From: Promethearchaeota archaeon
GTDB taxonomy: Archaea; Asgardarchaeota; Lokiarchaeia; Sigyniarchaeales; SOKP01
Direction: 5' to 3'
Assembly: GCA_048941015.1 (NCBI GenBank)
Contig: JBHLNZ010000027.1
Span: 3,334 to 43,613 of the forward strand
DNA length: 40,280 nt
Shown piece by piece: positions 38,413 through 40,280 of the stretch. Position 1 is the first letter of the stretch. Every line of letters begins with the position of its first letter. The notes under the pieces are model-generated. The model worked only from the letters and a program-made list of their open reading frames with translations. It was not told where the DNA came from and ran no database searches. A program made the translations under genes and the position numbers.

Positions 38413-40280
38413 TTATGGTAATAAAAGATCAATTTTTTTAGTGGTGTTTCTAGTAGTTCCAAATGGATCCATATAGTAAAGATTAAGATTGATTTCATCT
38501 GCAGAAGGATCAGCGAGATTTTTTTCAATATTTTTCTTTAATTTTAAAACATAATTAAATTTAAAGACATTTCCCGGTTTTATCTCCTTTAGAAATAAAT
38601 ATTTCGGAAATGACTCTTTTTTTAAAAAAGTTAAATAAGAAGGTATTTTAAGTGAGATTTGTAAATCTTTATAACTGAGATTTGTTGGATTATTTAACTT
38701 GAAATTAAGATATATTTTATTTCCAATAGTTTTTATATTTTTAAAGAATAAAAGATCTTTTACTTCAATAAAATCGTCTCCAATTTTAGGTGAATAGAGG
38801 CTATCATTTACAACCTTAGCATTTAATTTTTTTTTATGAATAAATTTTAAAAGTAAGTCTTTTAGGATATCTATATCTAAATCCATAAAAGAAGCAAGAC
38901 TTTCTAAATTGATTGGATTCATTACTCCTAAGTAATATTTAATGTGACTTAAGTTAAGCTTATTATAACATTTCTGATTGAATGCTTTCAATTTATTAAT
39001 TAGCAATTCTTTTGTAGAGATAAATTTAGTTATATAAGGCCTTATATATAAGTTAAAAACATTGTTCTCTTCAGTTATTCTTCCTATAATATTATCTATT
39101 TGAGTTTCATATTCAAGAATAAAATTTTGTATTTGCTTATTATGCATCTCTATTAATTTTTTAGCATCTGAAAACTCGTTTCTTTGGAGTAAAACTTCTA
39201 ATTTCGAACTTAATTTGTCAAAATTATCATTAAACCTTTTAAAACCTTCAATACTCTGAGTTATTATTGATTGAACATTTCCTTGAAAAAGTTGAAAGCC
39301 TAATTCATTTTTAATGTCATTTACTTTTTGATCTTCTATTGCAATTTTTGTAGTTTCAATAAAGTAATTGATAAGCTTATCATTCATTAATTTGATTTTC
39401 TTATCTAGATTGCTTAAATATTCTTGAATTTCAATTTTAGTTTCAACCCAAGTCTTTAACAAATCTTTAAAGATCTCATCAAATTCTACATTATTGACTA
39501 GTATATCTCTTATATCATCGTCTAAATTAAATAAATAATTTCTTAATTGAGTAATTGTAGTAAACTTTTCTTCTAATTCTTCATTATGAATTTGACTGGA
39601 TAAAAAGTTATCAAGATCTTCTGGAAATTTAAAATCCTTGACATAATCAAATTGTGCTTTCAAAATGTTAATTCTATCTTCTAAAACTTTAATTTTTGAT
39701 TTTAGAGATTCGGTAAATTCTGCTTTTTTCTCTTCAAATATGTCAGAAATGAAACTTTTTATGATACTTAGTTCATCAATTATTAATACTTTAGTTTCTT
39801 GCCAATCCTCTATCAAGTTAAAAGCAAGCCGTTTATATTCAAAATGATTAAGGTTTTTGTTGAATTTTTTTACTTTTTTGAGGATATCTGAATATATCTT
39901 ATCTAATTTTACTTCCGTATCATGAAATTTGAATTCCTTTATGTAGGAGTTCATTTTTTCTCTAAATTGTGAAGGAATTTTTTGAAATTCACGGATTTTA
40001 TTTTGAAATATTTCTAATTCTTCATTTACTTTACTTATAATTTCATTTATATCTGTAAAATTGTTTTCAAAACTTTTTAGTGAAAAAATAATCTCTTCTT
40101 TCACATCAGGATCTTTTTCTTCTTTAAGGATTTTTTCTAATTCTATAAAGACCCAGACAGCCACTTTTTTACTCTCTAAAATAAAACAGATATTTCTAAG
40201 TAAAACTATTGCTTTTTTTCTTTCTCTCCAATATTTCGATTCTAATTTATATAAGTTTTTAGTAATTTCATTTTCAATCT
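38413..40280 (-). CDS. Large protein, 5'-partial: HEAT-like, coiled coil, PCI/wHTH-like and Ig-like C-terminus
   Basis: Frame stays open from 40164 to the window edge (…WRERKKAIVLL…); 'INLESLASFMDLD...LLKFIHKKKLNAKV'; beta-rich terminal domain. Confidence 0.75.
   Translation of the reverse strand, partial: IENEITKNLYKLESKYWRERKKAIVLLRNICFILESKKVAVWVFIELEKILKEEKDPDVKEEIIFSLKSFENNFTDINEIISKVNEELEIFQNKIREFQKIPSQFREKMNSYIKEFKFHDTEVKLDKIYSDILKKVKKFNKNLNHFEYKRLAFNLIEDWQETKVLIIDELSIIKSFISDIFEEKKAEFTESLKSKIKVLEDRINILKAQFDYVKDFKFPEDLDNFLSSQIHNEELEEKFTTITQLRNYLFNLDDDIRDILVNNVEFDEIFKDLLKTWVETKIEIQEYLSNLDKKIKLMNDKLINYFIETTKIAIEDQKVNDIKNELGFQLFQGNVQSIITQSIEGFKRFNDNFDKLSSKLEVLLQRNEFSDAKKLIEMHNKQIQNFILEYETQIDNIIGRITEENNVFNLYIRPYITKFISTKELLINKLKAFNQKCYNKLNLSHIKYYLGVMNPINLESLASFMDLDIDILKDLLLKFIHKKKLNAKVVNDSLYSPKIGDDFIEVKDLLFFKNIKTIGNKIYLNFKLNNPTNLSYKDLQISLKIPSYLTFLKKESFPKYLFLKEIKPGNVFKFNYVLKLKKNIEKNLADPSADEINLNLYYMDPFGTTRNTTKKIDLLLP

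Noticed and set aside
5435-39847. Short ORF-track entries overlapping larger genes (e.g. 5435, 5764, 6226, 8706, 12213, 13801, 14848, 15482, 20564, 22213, 22977, 25952, 27082, 31541, 33143, 34390, 34903, 37750, 39665)
   Set aside because: Shadow or alternate frames of well-supported genes, with no recognisable motifs.

Overview
Very AT-rich archaeal chromosomal segment. The gene content points to Asgard archaea, probably Lokiarchaeia (inference): ribosomal protein eS30, BHB-type tRNA introns, longin/V4R/TPR/PCI-like proteins, and a Sec-containing SelD with a eukaryote-like SECIS. The left ~24 kb is an accessory region of unrelated enzymes and membrane proteins lying 3' of a tRNA-Trp(CCA) gene that carries three introns. 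That region is punctuated by at least 7 same-orientation copies of a ~50-70 bp palindrome-containing intergenic repeat, giving a cassette-array-like layout. The right ~16 kb looks more core-like. Several elements are missing from or truncated in the ORF track: selD (in-frame UGA at codon 19, SECIS directly after the stop), rps30e (apparent ATT start), the tRNA, and several microproteins. All product calls come from motifs recognised by eye; no database searches were run.
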